A stretch of 64,000 nt of DNA, from the IMG/VR virus record IMGVR_UViG_3300021378_000010, positions 1 through 64,000 of that record; one strand, 5' to 3'. Source of the stretch: a virus. The notes under the pieces were generated by a model. It ran no database searches. It was not told where the DNA came from and saw only the letters and a list, made by a program, of their open reading frames with translations. Position numbers and translations under genes: made by a program. This document shows positions 10,703 through 18,693 of the stretch, piece after piece; the stretch's first letter is position 1, and every line of letters begins with the position of its first letter.

Positions 10703-10726
10703 TTGAGTTTAACTCCTTTTTGTTTC

Positions 10727-10734
10727 TATTTATA
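10727..10734 (-). promoter_or_regulatory. T4-type late promoter TATAAATA
   Basis: Exact motif 25 nt upstream of ATG 10702. Confidence 0.7.
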
Positions 10735-10740
10735 TTCATA

Positions 10741-12090
10741 TTAAAGACTAAATTGTTGAATACCAATTGCATTACAACACGCCCCGGCATCGACACAAAT
10801 CCAGCTTGTACTTGAAGATACTTCTTGCACTGGAGAAGAATAATATAAGGTGCCATATAGCGCAAGATTTCCTTTGGAATTAAATCCCCAACTCCAAAGA
10901 GTACCATCTGTTTTAACACCAAAACCACTGTAATCGTTTCCACAAACATCACACCAATTTGTACTTGAAGATACTTCTTGAACTGGCGAAGAATGATTTA
11001 CGCAAGTTGGAGTTATCAGCTGTCCATATATAGCCGAACCTCCAGACCAAAGAGTACCATCAGTTTTTATTCCAAAAACAGCAATAGATGAAACATTTAC
11101 TTTACACCAATTAGAACTTGAAGATACTTCTTGAACTGGCGAAGAATAAGCTACGTATACAGTATTTTGCCATTGCGAAGTAGAGCCCCAAGTCCACAAA
11201 GTTCCGTCTGTTTTTATACCAGCAGAAGAATCGCGATTTGTACTAGCAAAACACCAATTAGAACTTGAAGACACTTCTTGAACTGGTGATGAATAAGCTA
11301 TTGTACTATTTACTCCAAGCGAACCAACTCCATTTTGGCCAAACCCCCAAAGTGTTCCATTATTTTTAAGACCCAATACGGAAAAAGATAAAAGCATAGA
11401 ACTAAAAATACAACACCAATCTGTACCAGCAGTAATTTCTTGAGTGGGTCCAGATTTATTTAAAGTATCGTTTGTTGCTATATTACCAAACGAATTTCTA
11501 CCCCAACCCCAAAGAGTACCATCGTTTTTAATTGCCGAGGTTGAATTTGCTCCTATATCTAAATAACACCAATTTGTACTTGAACAAGCTTCTTGAACCG
11601 GTGATGAAACCATATAAGTAGCAAGTGTGCAATTTATCCCAAGCTGGTAATATGAGCTATTGCACGCCCAATTCCAAAGAGTGCCATTAGTTTTTATTCC
11701 GCCGGCTGTGTTGAGACCGAGAGATACAGATATCCAATTACTTGCAGATACTTCTTGTACTGGAGATGAGTAGCAAATGATATCATTTGTACCAAGTACT
11801 CCACATTTATTATAACCCCAACCATATAACTTATTTAAAACTTGTGTCTGAAGAGTGATCCAACCGTTTGCAGCGTTCGCCCAGTAAACTGTCTTCTCGT
11901 CCTGTACATAGTAGAGATGACCTACCGATTCTGAAGCAGTAGGAAGACTTGCAAAAGTGTCAACGACCTGAACGATGCCAGTCTTAAGCTCTGTCAGCAT
12001 CTTTGAATACTCGAGCAGCTCCAACTCAGTCGAGGAGCTGTTCATTTTATCGAGTATTGCTTGTTCTATATTGTGTACGTTGATACTCAT
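10741..12090 (-). CDS. RCC1-like beta-propeller repeat protein, class B N-terminus
   Basis: RCC1 repeats; MSINVHNIE...ELELLEYSKML...TFASLP...GHLYYV. ATGA overlap with the upstream gene. Confidence 0.85.
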   Translation of the reverse strand: MSINVHNIEQAILDKMNSSSTELELLEYSKMLTELKTGIVQVVDTFASLPTASESVGHLYYVQDEKTVYWANAANGWITLQTQVLNKLYGWGYNKCGVLGTNDIICYSSPVQEVSASNWISVSLGLNTAGGIKTNGTLWNWACNSSYYQLGINCTLATYMVSSPVQEACSSTNWCYLDIGANSTSAIKNDGTLWGWGRNSFGNIATNDTLNKSGPTQEITAGTDWCCIFSSMLLSFSVLGLKNNGTLWGFGQNGVGSLGVNSTIAYSSPVQEVSSSSNWCFASTNRDSSAGIKTDGTLWTWGSTSQWQNTVYVAYSSPVQEVSSSSNWCKVNVSSIAVFGIKTDGTLWSGGSAIYGQLITPTCVNHSSPVQEVSSSTNWCDVCGNDYSGFGVKTDGTLWSWGFNSKGNLALYGTLYYSSPVQEVSSSTSWICVDAGACCNAIGIQQFSL

Positions 12091-13433
12091 GGTTCGTTGA
12101 AACCTTTTATAGTTTGTTTAATACTCGAAATAAACGACGATCCTATGCCTACTTGGTACCAATTTGTTGAAGATGTGATTTCTTGAACCGGTGAGGATCT
12201 ATCAATGGTAGTTCCATCGCCGATCTGTCCAGCAACATTCCACCCCCACGCTAATAATTGCCCAGACGTCTTCACCGCAGCTGTGTTTACGGCATAAGCA
12301 CATACTTGGCACCAGTCAGTTGAAGATGTGATTTCTTGAACTGGCGAAGAATAGCATAACCCGTTTCCAGTTCCAGTACGTCCAAGGTTACCGCTACCCC
12401 ATACCCATAATGTGTTATCTGTTTTTAACGCAGCAGAATGTTGTTCTGCCGCACTCGATTGACACCAATCGGTTGAAGATGTGATTTCTTGAACTGGCGA
12501 AGAATAGCATAATGTGTCTCCAGTTCCTATTGCTCCTGGAATATTTCTACCCCAGCCCCAGAGAGTACCATCTGTTTTTATGGCTAAAGTATGATATTGG
12601 CTTGCGCTTACTTGAGACCAATCTGTCGAAGACGATATTTCGCGAACTGGAGAAGATTTATTAATGATAGTTTCATCACCGATCTGCCCAGCTGCGTTGC
12701 ATCCCCACAACCACACTTGTCCAGTAGTTTTTACCGCTACCGTAAATTCACCTCCTGCGGCTTGACACCAATCAATTGAAGATGTAAGTTCTTGAATTAG
12801 AGTACAATTATTTATGCTAGCTGCGCCATTTCCAATTTGACCACCATTACCAAGGCCAGACGACCAAAGAGTACCGTCGGTTTTTATAGCAGCAGTATGG
12901 TTTGTTCCTGGTGCTATGTAACACCAAGTTGCATCGGAAAAATATTCTTGTACAGGAGAGGAAAAATTCGAAATACTATTATTGCCAAGACGGCCTTGCG
13001 CACCGCATCCCCATCCCCAAAGAGTGCCGTCGGTTTTTATGGCTAATACATGTCTATCCCCTGTACCTAATTGACTCCAATCGCCTGAAGTGATTTCTTG
13101 AATTGGAGAAGAACTTCTTACTGTTGCACCGTTTCCTATTGTTCCAATGTCGCCGAAACCCCAACTAAATATTGGCGTTTTTGCTATAGTACATGTGCTA
13201 TCATAACTGTTAGTCCACTCTTCACCATCTGAATAACGATAAGCACCAATGTCTTCAACAAATATCATACGACCCTTGTTACACGAAGCAACCGGTAGCA
13301 CTGAAGTGCTCGCAACGGAATAGACTGTGTTTGAAGACTTCACTCCGCTCACTTGAGCTAGGTTCAACTCTGACGGAGAACCTGCTAAACAGCTATTAGA
13401 TTGATTGATTAAGCACTTTGTGCTAATTGGCAT
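12087..13433 (-). CDS. RCC1-like beta-propeller repeat protein, class A N-terminus
   Basis: RCC1 repeats; MPIST...NKGRMIFVEDIGAYRYSDG; ends GFNEP. Confidence 0.85.
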   Translation of the reverse strand: MPISTKCLINQSNSCLAGSPSELNLAQVSGVKSSNTVYSVASTSVLPVASCNKGRMIFVEDIGAYRYSDGEEWTNSYDSTCTIAKTPIFSWGFGDIGTIGNGATVRSSSPIQEITSGDWSQLGTGDRHVLAIKTDGTLWGWGCGAQGRLGNNSISNFSSPVQEYFSDATWCYIAPGTNHTAAIKTDGTLWSSGLGNGGQIGNGAASINNCTLIQELTSSIDWCQAAGGEFTVAVKTTGQVWLWGCNAAGQIGDETIINKSSPVREISSSTDWSQVSASQYHTLAIKTDGTLWGWGRNIPGAIGTGDTLCYSSPVQEITSSTDWCQSSAAEQHSAALKTDNTLWVWGSGNLGRTGTGNGLCYSSPVQEITSSTDWCQVCAYAVNTAAVKTSGQLLAWGWNVAGQIGDGTTIDRSSPVQEITSSTNWYQVGIGSSFISSIKQTIKGFNEP

Positions 13434-13461
13434 GGAGACACCGATTCTATTATTATAGTAC

Positions 13462-13469
13462 TATTTATA
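13462..13469 (-). promoter_or_regulatory. T4-type late promoter TATAAATA driving the RCC1 array
   Basis: Exact motif 29 nt upstream of ATG 13433. Confidence 0.7.
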
Positions 13470-14409
13470 CTCTCTTGGTCTTTATCTTTTCAATAATATC
13501 TGGCAAAGTATCCTCATCTATGACTTTGAATTTCAAATCATATAGCTTTGGAGGTTCAAATTGTTGTTCCCATGCGATTACGCCGCTATCTTTATTTGTA
13601 TCAATCCATATTATAACATCAGGATTCAATATGTCTCTGCTATCTTCGAGTGGACAACTCATATCAATAATTATATTATCAGAACGATTTTTGCGCGCAA
13701 TTTCTAGAATACGATACGTGTGCCGAGACTGACCATCCAGGCTGTAATCTATATCTTTTGCTTTGATACGTTCTTCCTCAGAGTTAATGTAAAGACTTCC
13801 TGGAAGTGACTCACTTATCTTTTTTGCGATCTCGGTTTTACCCTGGCCAGGTCTGCCCATTATAAGAATACGAAGTGAACGGTCTGCCAATAGCCTATAA
13901 TATTGAACTAGCTTGCCTTCATCAAGAGAATGGAACATCCAAGGACGGAAGAATACACCTTGGTTTTCTTCAAGCACGACGTTCGTTTCAATATTCCATT
14001 CCATGAGGTTGCGATAGTTGTACTGCCATCCGTCAAGTGCAGACTTAGCATCCACGTCACCGCTTTCGCCGATGCCATCCTTTAAATGATGAAACATATT
14101 GAATGTAGTCTTTTCAAGAGCAATAACAAAGCACCACTCGTTGAGCGTTTCAAAGTCTTCAAAGTGAACGAACTGTTTTGGTCTACGAAAGAGTCCAGAT
14201 CTTTTTTGATCTATAACTACTTTTTCACCAAGCACTCGACTAAAAACTGGTTCGAGGCCGCGTTGTACCATATTAAAGTTTTCGATCTCATGACCATAAG
14301 GCTTTTCTGTATAGTTAAGACCGCCTACAATGTACTTGAACTTTTTTACTTCTTCATTATTATAAAATCCATCAGCATGGATCAGCTTCACCATCGCTCT
14401 GTTTGACAT
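13465..14409 (-). CDS. Fusion of a 2OG-Fe(II) oxygenase-like (DUF6445-like) domain and an adenylylsulfate-kinase-like P-loop domain
   Basis: N-half has HFED and VFFRPWMFHS (double-stranded beta-helix-like H-x-E/D...H). C-half has Walker A GRPGQGKT, DIDYSLDGQSRH (cf. CysC DLGFS...R) and FEPP. Confidence 0.55.
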   Translation of the reverse strand: MSNRAMVKLIHADGFYNNEEVKKFKYIVGGLNYTEKPYGHEIENFNMVQRGLEPVFSRVLGEKVVIDQKRSGLFRRPKQFVHFEDFETLNEWCFVIALEKTTFNMFHHLKDGIGESGDVDAKSALDGWQYNYRNLMEWNIETNVVLEENQGVFFRPWMFHSLDEGKLVQYYRLLADRSLRILIMGRPGQGKTEIAKKISESLPGSLYINSEEERIKAKDIDYSLDGQSRHTYRILEIARKNRSDNIIIDMSCPLEDSRDILNPDVIIWIDTNKDSGVIAWEQQFEPPKLYDLKFKVIDEDTLPDIIEKIKTKRV

Positions 14410-15184
14410 CTTCTACACACTCCTTCATAATTTCTTCTGCTACAATTTTGTAAGTTGATCCTATCGGACCTTCTGGATCCATGAGCGTAATTGGCTTTCC
14501 ACTATCAGAGTCAATACGTATTCTCGTATTCAATGGTATTCTACCTAAGACTCTTGAACCGTATTCTTTTTCTAGTTTTTTTGCACCATCTTCACCAAAA
14601 ATATGATCTACGTTTCCACAATTGCTGCAAATATGTACACTCATATTTTCAACTACACCTAGAATCTCAATATTCTTTGAACGGAATATATCAATACCTT
14701 TCATGCAATCAATAAGCGCTACATCTTGCGGCGTAGTCACGATCAAAGCTTTCGCCTTTGGAAGCTTTTCGCATATGGAAATTTGAATATCACCAGTTCC
14801 GGGTGGCATATCTACTACAAGATAGTCTAACTCTTTCCAGTTAGTCTCAAATATCATCTGTTGAAGGACCATAGAAGCCATGGGCCCTCTCCAAGAAAGT
14901 GCCTGACCTTTTTTTACACGACTCGCAATCGAACCGATTTTGATGCCGTAAGACTCAAAGGGTTCCACCCACGTGCCATTTTCAGAAATAGTAATTGTAG
15001 AAGCGTCTTCAAGACCAAACATCATAAATTGACTTGGTCCATAGACGTCGGCATCTAATACTCCAACACGATTTCCTAAAAGAGAAAGTGCTGCAGCCAC
15101 GTTTGCTGCGGTTGTTGATTTACCCACGCCGCCTTTACCAGACGATACGAGAATCACATTTTTCACGTCGTTCATTCCAAGCAT
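14372..15184 (-). CDS. apbC: Mrp/ApbC/NBP35 family Fe-S cluster carrier ATPase
   Basis: SGKGGVGKST deviant Walker A, DADVYGPS, WRGPM, LDYLVVDMPPGTGD, VTTPQ, GVVENMS-x-x-x-CSNC. Likely start is ATG 15184 or 15175, not the track start. Confidence 0.92.
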   Translation of the reverse strand: MLGMNDVKNVILVSSGKGGVGKSTTAANVAAALSLLGNRVGVLDADVYGPSQFMMFGLEDASTITISENGTWVEPFESYGIKIGSIASRVKKGQALSWRGPMASMVLQQMIFETNWKELDYLVVDMPPGTGDIQISICEKLPKAKALIVTTPQDVALIDCMKGIDIFRSKNIEILGVVENMSVHICSNCGNVDHIFGEDGAKKLEKEYGSRVLGRIPLNTRIRIDSDSGKPITLMDPEGPIGSTYKIVAEEIMKECVEDVKQSDGEADPC

Positions 15185-15188
15185 TTTT

Positions 15189-16238
15189 TTATCCAATAAC
15201 AGTTGCAGAATAGCTTTCAAGATTTGCCAATGTATCATTATATAAAGTTTCGAGATCAGCGTGTTCTGTAGCTGAAACTATACTCGAAACCAAATTTGTT
15301 TCAAATTCATCCACGGTTTCAATATAGCTATTTATGCCAAGAATAAGAGTTTTCAACTCGTTTTTATCAAGTAACGCAGTTTCAGTAAAATTAAGCTTAC
15401 AGTTAAGTTTTTCAGTATCATCGATAACTGTTATTTTGAATAAAAGCTCGTTTTTGATTCCATCAGTAGGAATAACGTTTAAGTCACGAACAGTTCCAGA
15501 GTTATCGGTAACTTCTACTGTAATACTGTTTTGCTTTTTGTAAAAACAATTGTCATATACGATGCTTTTGAAGTTAGTCTTTATTGATTCAAAATCCTGA
15601 TTTTCTACTACATAAGTACCTTGAGCAACTCCAGAAGTAAGATTCCAAGAAAAACCAGTGATAGTTTTAAGATATTTGTTATCAATAGTTGGCAGAGTAG
15701 AAGGAATTGCTGCTTTATATATTACAACTCTATCGGTAAATGTTTTTGGTGCATCGAAAGGTAAAAGTAAATTGAATCTCATAGTCAGATTGTCCGGAAA
15801 CTCAAAGTCGATAATTCCGTTTTGTTGTAGAATACTATTGACGGTAGAACTTTCCCATCCAAACGGTCCAATAATGTTTTCATCAATTAAAAGAACATAT
15901 TGGTCATTTTGAGTATAAGTTTGCGTAGTCCAAGGAACTGCACTTTCAACCAATTGTGGATTTTTCTTTTGATCCAAGTCATAAAGAACTTGTTGTTGAA
16001 GATAATCTAAGTTTACGTTACTTGTAATCCATCCAACAACCGTTTCAATTGTTAGCCCGTCATATTCAATATAATTAGAAGGATCTGGTGCGGATAGATC
16101 TGTTGATCCATAAACTTCGCCATAATCAAATCCATCTTTTGCAATATATCTCCAATTTATGGTTTTTACAACATTACTTAGTCCATCTTGCGATGGAGTT
16201 GTGCTCATAGAAATGACTGCAAATTCATATTCAACCAT
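15189..16238 (-). CDS. Tail-fibre-associated protein
   Basis: N-terminal DGLSNVVKTINWR...YGS...PD...YIEYDGLT...V-x-GW domain commonly encoded just after phage fibre genes; lies directly after the collagen-like fibre. Confidence 0.5.
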   Translation of the reverse strand: MVEYEFAVISMSTTPSQDGLSNVVKTINWRYIAKDGFDYGEVYGSTDLSAPDPSNYIEYDGLTIETVVGWITSNVNLDYLQQQVLYDLDQKKNPQLVESAVPWTTQTYTQNDQYVLLIDENIIGPFGWESSTVNSILQQNGIIDFEFPDNLTMRFNLLLPFDAPKTFTDRVVIYKAAIPSTLPTIDNKYLKTITGFSWNLTSGVAQGTYVVENQDFESIKTNFKSIVYDNCFYKKQNSITVEVTDNSGTVRDLNVIPTDGIKNELLFKITVIDDTEKLNCKLNFTETALLDKNELKTLILGINSYIETVDEFETNLVSSIVSATEHADLETLYNDTLANLESYSATVIG

Positions 16239-18228
16239 TGTTTAATTCTCCCACTTTTTCATTCAGTTCTTTGATTGCTTCAATAAGAAGAGGAACAATT
16301 TTTTCGTATTGAACCGTTTTATAATTTTTTCCACTTATAGAATACTCATTTCCATTTTCATTCACTCCAATATCAAATGGTGCAGGCTTGACAATTTGGG
16401 GAAGTATTGCTTCAATTTCTTGCGCGTTTACGCCGACTTGTATTTCTTTATCATCATATCCAAACGATTTTGCTACTTCATTTGAAGTGAAATAGTAACC
16501 ACCAATATTGCATACCTTATCAAGCGCGTTATCTATATTTCCAATGAAGTCTTTGAGTCTTTCATCTGAGTAATACGCTGTAATGTTACTCGTGGCTCGA
16601 ATTTGGCCTGTCGGAGGAGCTACAGTATTGATTCCAAGAGAAGCAAATCTTACTGCATTTGTAGTATTCAGTGATTGATCTGTATTGATACCTTCGCCAT
16701 CGCGTCCTTGCGATCCAAGAACACCTTGTATACTAAGACCTTGAAGACCTTGAGTACCTTGAGTACCTTGAGTACCTTGATTACCTCCAGTACCTTGTAT
16801 AGATTCACCTTTTGTACCTTGTACACTAAGACCTTGAGTACCTTGAGTACCTTGAGTACCTCCAGTACCTTGAGTACCTCCAGTACCTTGTATAGATTCA
16901 CCTTTTGTGCCTTGTGCACCTAAAAGACCCTGAGTACCCCGCGTGCCTTGAAAACCTACCGTTCCTTGAATACCTTGAGATCCTCGAGTGCCTTGAGCAC
17001 CCTGCGAACCTTGCGTACCTTGGGCATCAAATAATCCTCTTGTACCTTGTGTACCTTGAACACCCTGGCCGGCAAATTCTCCAGCAAGACCCTGAGATCC
17101 TTGAATACCTTGGCCTGCGAATGCTCCATCTAAACCTTGAGTACCTTGAGATCCTCGAGTACCTTGTGTACCCTGTGAACCTTGTGTACCGCCACCACCT
17201 TGAATTGATTCGCCCTGAACACCTTGTGTTCCTTGAGATCCTTGAACACCTTGACCTGCAAATGCACCATCTAAACCTTGAGTACCTTGTATGCCTTGTA
17301 TGCCTTGTGTTCCTTGAGATCCTTGTGTTCCTTGAAAACCAAATGTACCCTGATTACCAGAAGTACCTTGAATACCTTGAGATCCTTGAACACCCTGGTT
17401 TGCAAAACCTTGAATACCTTGAGATCCTTGTGTTCCTTGAGTACCTTGAGTACCTTGAGTACCTTGAGTACCCTGTGTTCCTTGAGATCCTTGAATACCC
17501 TGAACACCGAGATCACCTTGCACACCAAGAGTACCTTGAATACCCTGAGCACCAAATTCTCCATTGATACCCTGATTACCTTGAACACCTAGATCACCTT
17601 GCACACCAAGAGTACCTTGAGATCCTTGAACACCCTGTAGTGCTTCACCCTGAACACCTTGAATACCGAGATCACCTTGTGTTCCCTGAGATCCTTGAAT
17701 ACCTTGACTGCCCTGAAGACCTTGATCACCGCGAGAACCTTGAATACCTTCTTCGCCTTGTTCACCTTGGATACCCTGAACACCTTGAATACCTTGAGCA
17801 CCCTGTGTTCCAGTAATATCGCCTAAATTGATCCAAGAACTGAGATCTGTATTGTACACCCAAAGATTATTAGTGAGATCATCGAGTACTGCGTCACCGC
17901 TCGTAGCAGTGGGAAATGTATTTGCAAGATAAACTTGAGGATCGTTTGGAGGATTGACGTTTACATCATCCGTAGATCCTATAATTGTTACGATAGTGGA
18001 TGCTTCACCTTGAACACCTTGTGTGCCCTGAGTTCCCTGAATACCCTGAATACCTTGCGTTGCGGTACTTACAAGCTGCCATATGGAACCGTTCGAGTAT
18101 CGAAGCACACCCTCATCAGTATATACTATTGCGCCTTCATAAATTGCAGGATCAAGAGTAACCGGAGCTTCTAATTCTAAAGCTGGTCCTATTACTCTTG
18201 TTCTACCTCTTATACTAAATAATGACAT
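16231..18228 (-). CDS. Collagen-like (Gly-X-Gln) tail fibre with C-terminal intramolecular chaperone (peptidase S74-like)
   Basis: Long QGTQGSQG triplet tract. C-terminus has YYSDERLKD...GV-x-AQEIE-x-ILP-x-IV...YKTVQYEKIVPLLIEAIKEL, the S74 autocleavage domain signature. Confidence 0.85.
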   Translation of the reverse strand: MSLFSIRGRTRVIGPALELEAPVTLDPAIYEGAIVYTDEGVLRYSNGSIWQLVSTATQGIQGIQGTQGTQGVQGEASTIVTIIGSTDDVNVNPPNDPQVYLANTFPTATSGDAVLDDLTNNLWVYNTDLSSWINLGDITGTQGAQGIQGVQGIQGEQGEEGIQGSRGDQGLQGSQGIQGSQGTQGDLGIQGVQGEALQGVQGSQGTLGVQGDLGVQGNQGINGEFGAQGIQGTLGVQGDLGVQGIQGSQGTQGTQGTQGTQGTQGTQGSQGIQGFANQGVQGSQGIQGTSGNQGTFGFQGTQGSQGTQGIQGIQGTQGLDGAFAGQGVQGSQGTQGVQGESIQGGGGTQGSQGTQGTRGSQGTQGLDGAFAGQGIQGSQGLAGEFAGQGVQGTQGTRGLFDAQGTQGSQGAQGTRGSQGIQGTVGFQGTRGTQGLLGAQGTKGESIQGTGGTQGTGGTQGTQGTQGLSVQGTKGESIQGTGGNQGTQGTQGTQGLQGLSIQGVLGSQGRDGEGINTDQSLNTTNAVRFASLGINTVAPPTGQIRATSNITAYYSDERLKDFIGNIDNALDKVCNIGGYYFTSNEVAKSFGYDDKEIQVGVNAQEIEAILPQIVKPAPFDIGVNENGNEYSISGKNYKTVQYEKIVPLLIEAIKELNEKVGELNNG
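16700..17810 (-). repeat. Low-complexity 9-nt-period coding repeat (Gly-X-Gln collagen tract)
   Basis: Tandem ccttgagta/ccttgaata/ccttgtgtt-type units on the + strand. Confidence 0.9.
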
Positions 18229-18231
18229 GTA

Positions 18232-18693
18232 TTAAGACTCCAAGAATTCTTCTGCTTGTCCAAGCGTAAACGATATTGTCGCGTCGATTGAGTTATTTTG
18301 ATCTGCTTTCGCATCAAGACGATCCCCATTGTAGAAAAACTGCCCATTAAGAGGAAACGTGATAATATCATATGCTCCAATAGGAAGATTAGTAGCAATA
18401 GAAAAAGAAGTAGAAACAGAAGTAGGAGGTTCTGTAGAATAATCTTCGTATCTATACACTTGAATGTCGACATATACAGTGTTTGCTGTTTTATTTGATA
18501 GTATAAGTGGCGAAATAACTTCTGCTACGCCCGGAGCAATAACTGTTGTTCCACCAAAAATAAGTTCTGGAATATTGAAGTTTGGTACTTCGATTAGTGG
18601 AGAAAAATTTGTTGTAAGTTCTTTACTTTTCGCTACCGGTTTTGCATCGGGCGATTGTGAAGTTGAAACTGTTGTAATAGTTGTATTTGCCAT
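18232..18693 (-). CDS. Hypothetical virion structural protein
   Basis: Beta-rich 153-aa ORF tightly packed between fibre genes. Confidence 0.55.
   Translation of the reverse strand: MANTTITTVSTSQSPDAKPVAKSKELTTNFSPLIEVPNFNIPELIFGGTTVIAPGVAEVISPLILSNKTANTVYVDIQVYRYEDYSTEPPTSVSTSFSIATNLPIGAYDIITFPLNGQFFYNGDRLDAKADQNNSIDATISFTLGQAEEFLES

Noticed and set aside
348-13433. Diversity-generating retroelement acting on the RCC1 array
   Set aside because: No reverse transcriptase or Avd in the window. The repeats seen are exact or differ at non-adenine-specific positions, and all lie inside coding blades.
16668-17801. Overlapping ORFs in other frames and strands (LKVLKV, STLSTL, LEYLEY)
   Set aside because: Shadow ORFs produced by the 9-nt collagen repeat.
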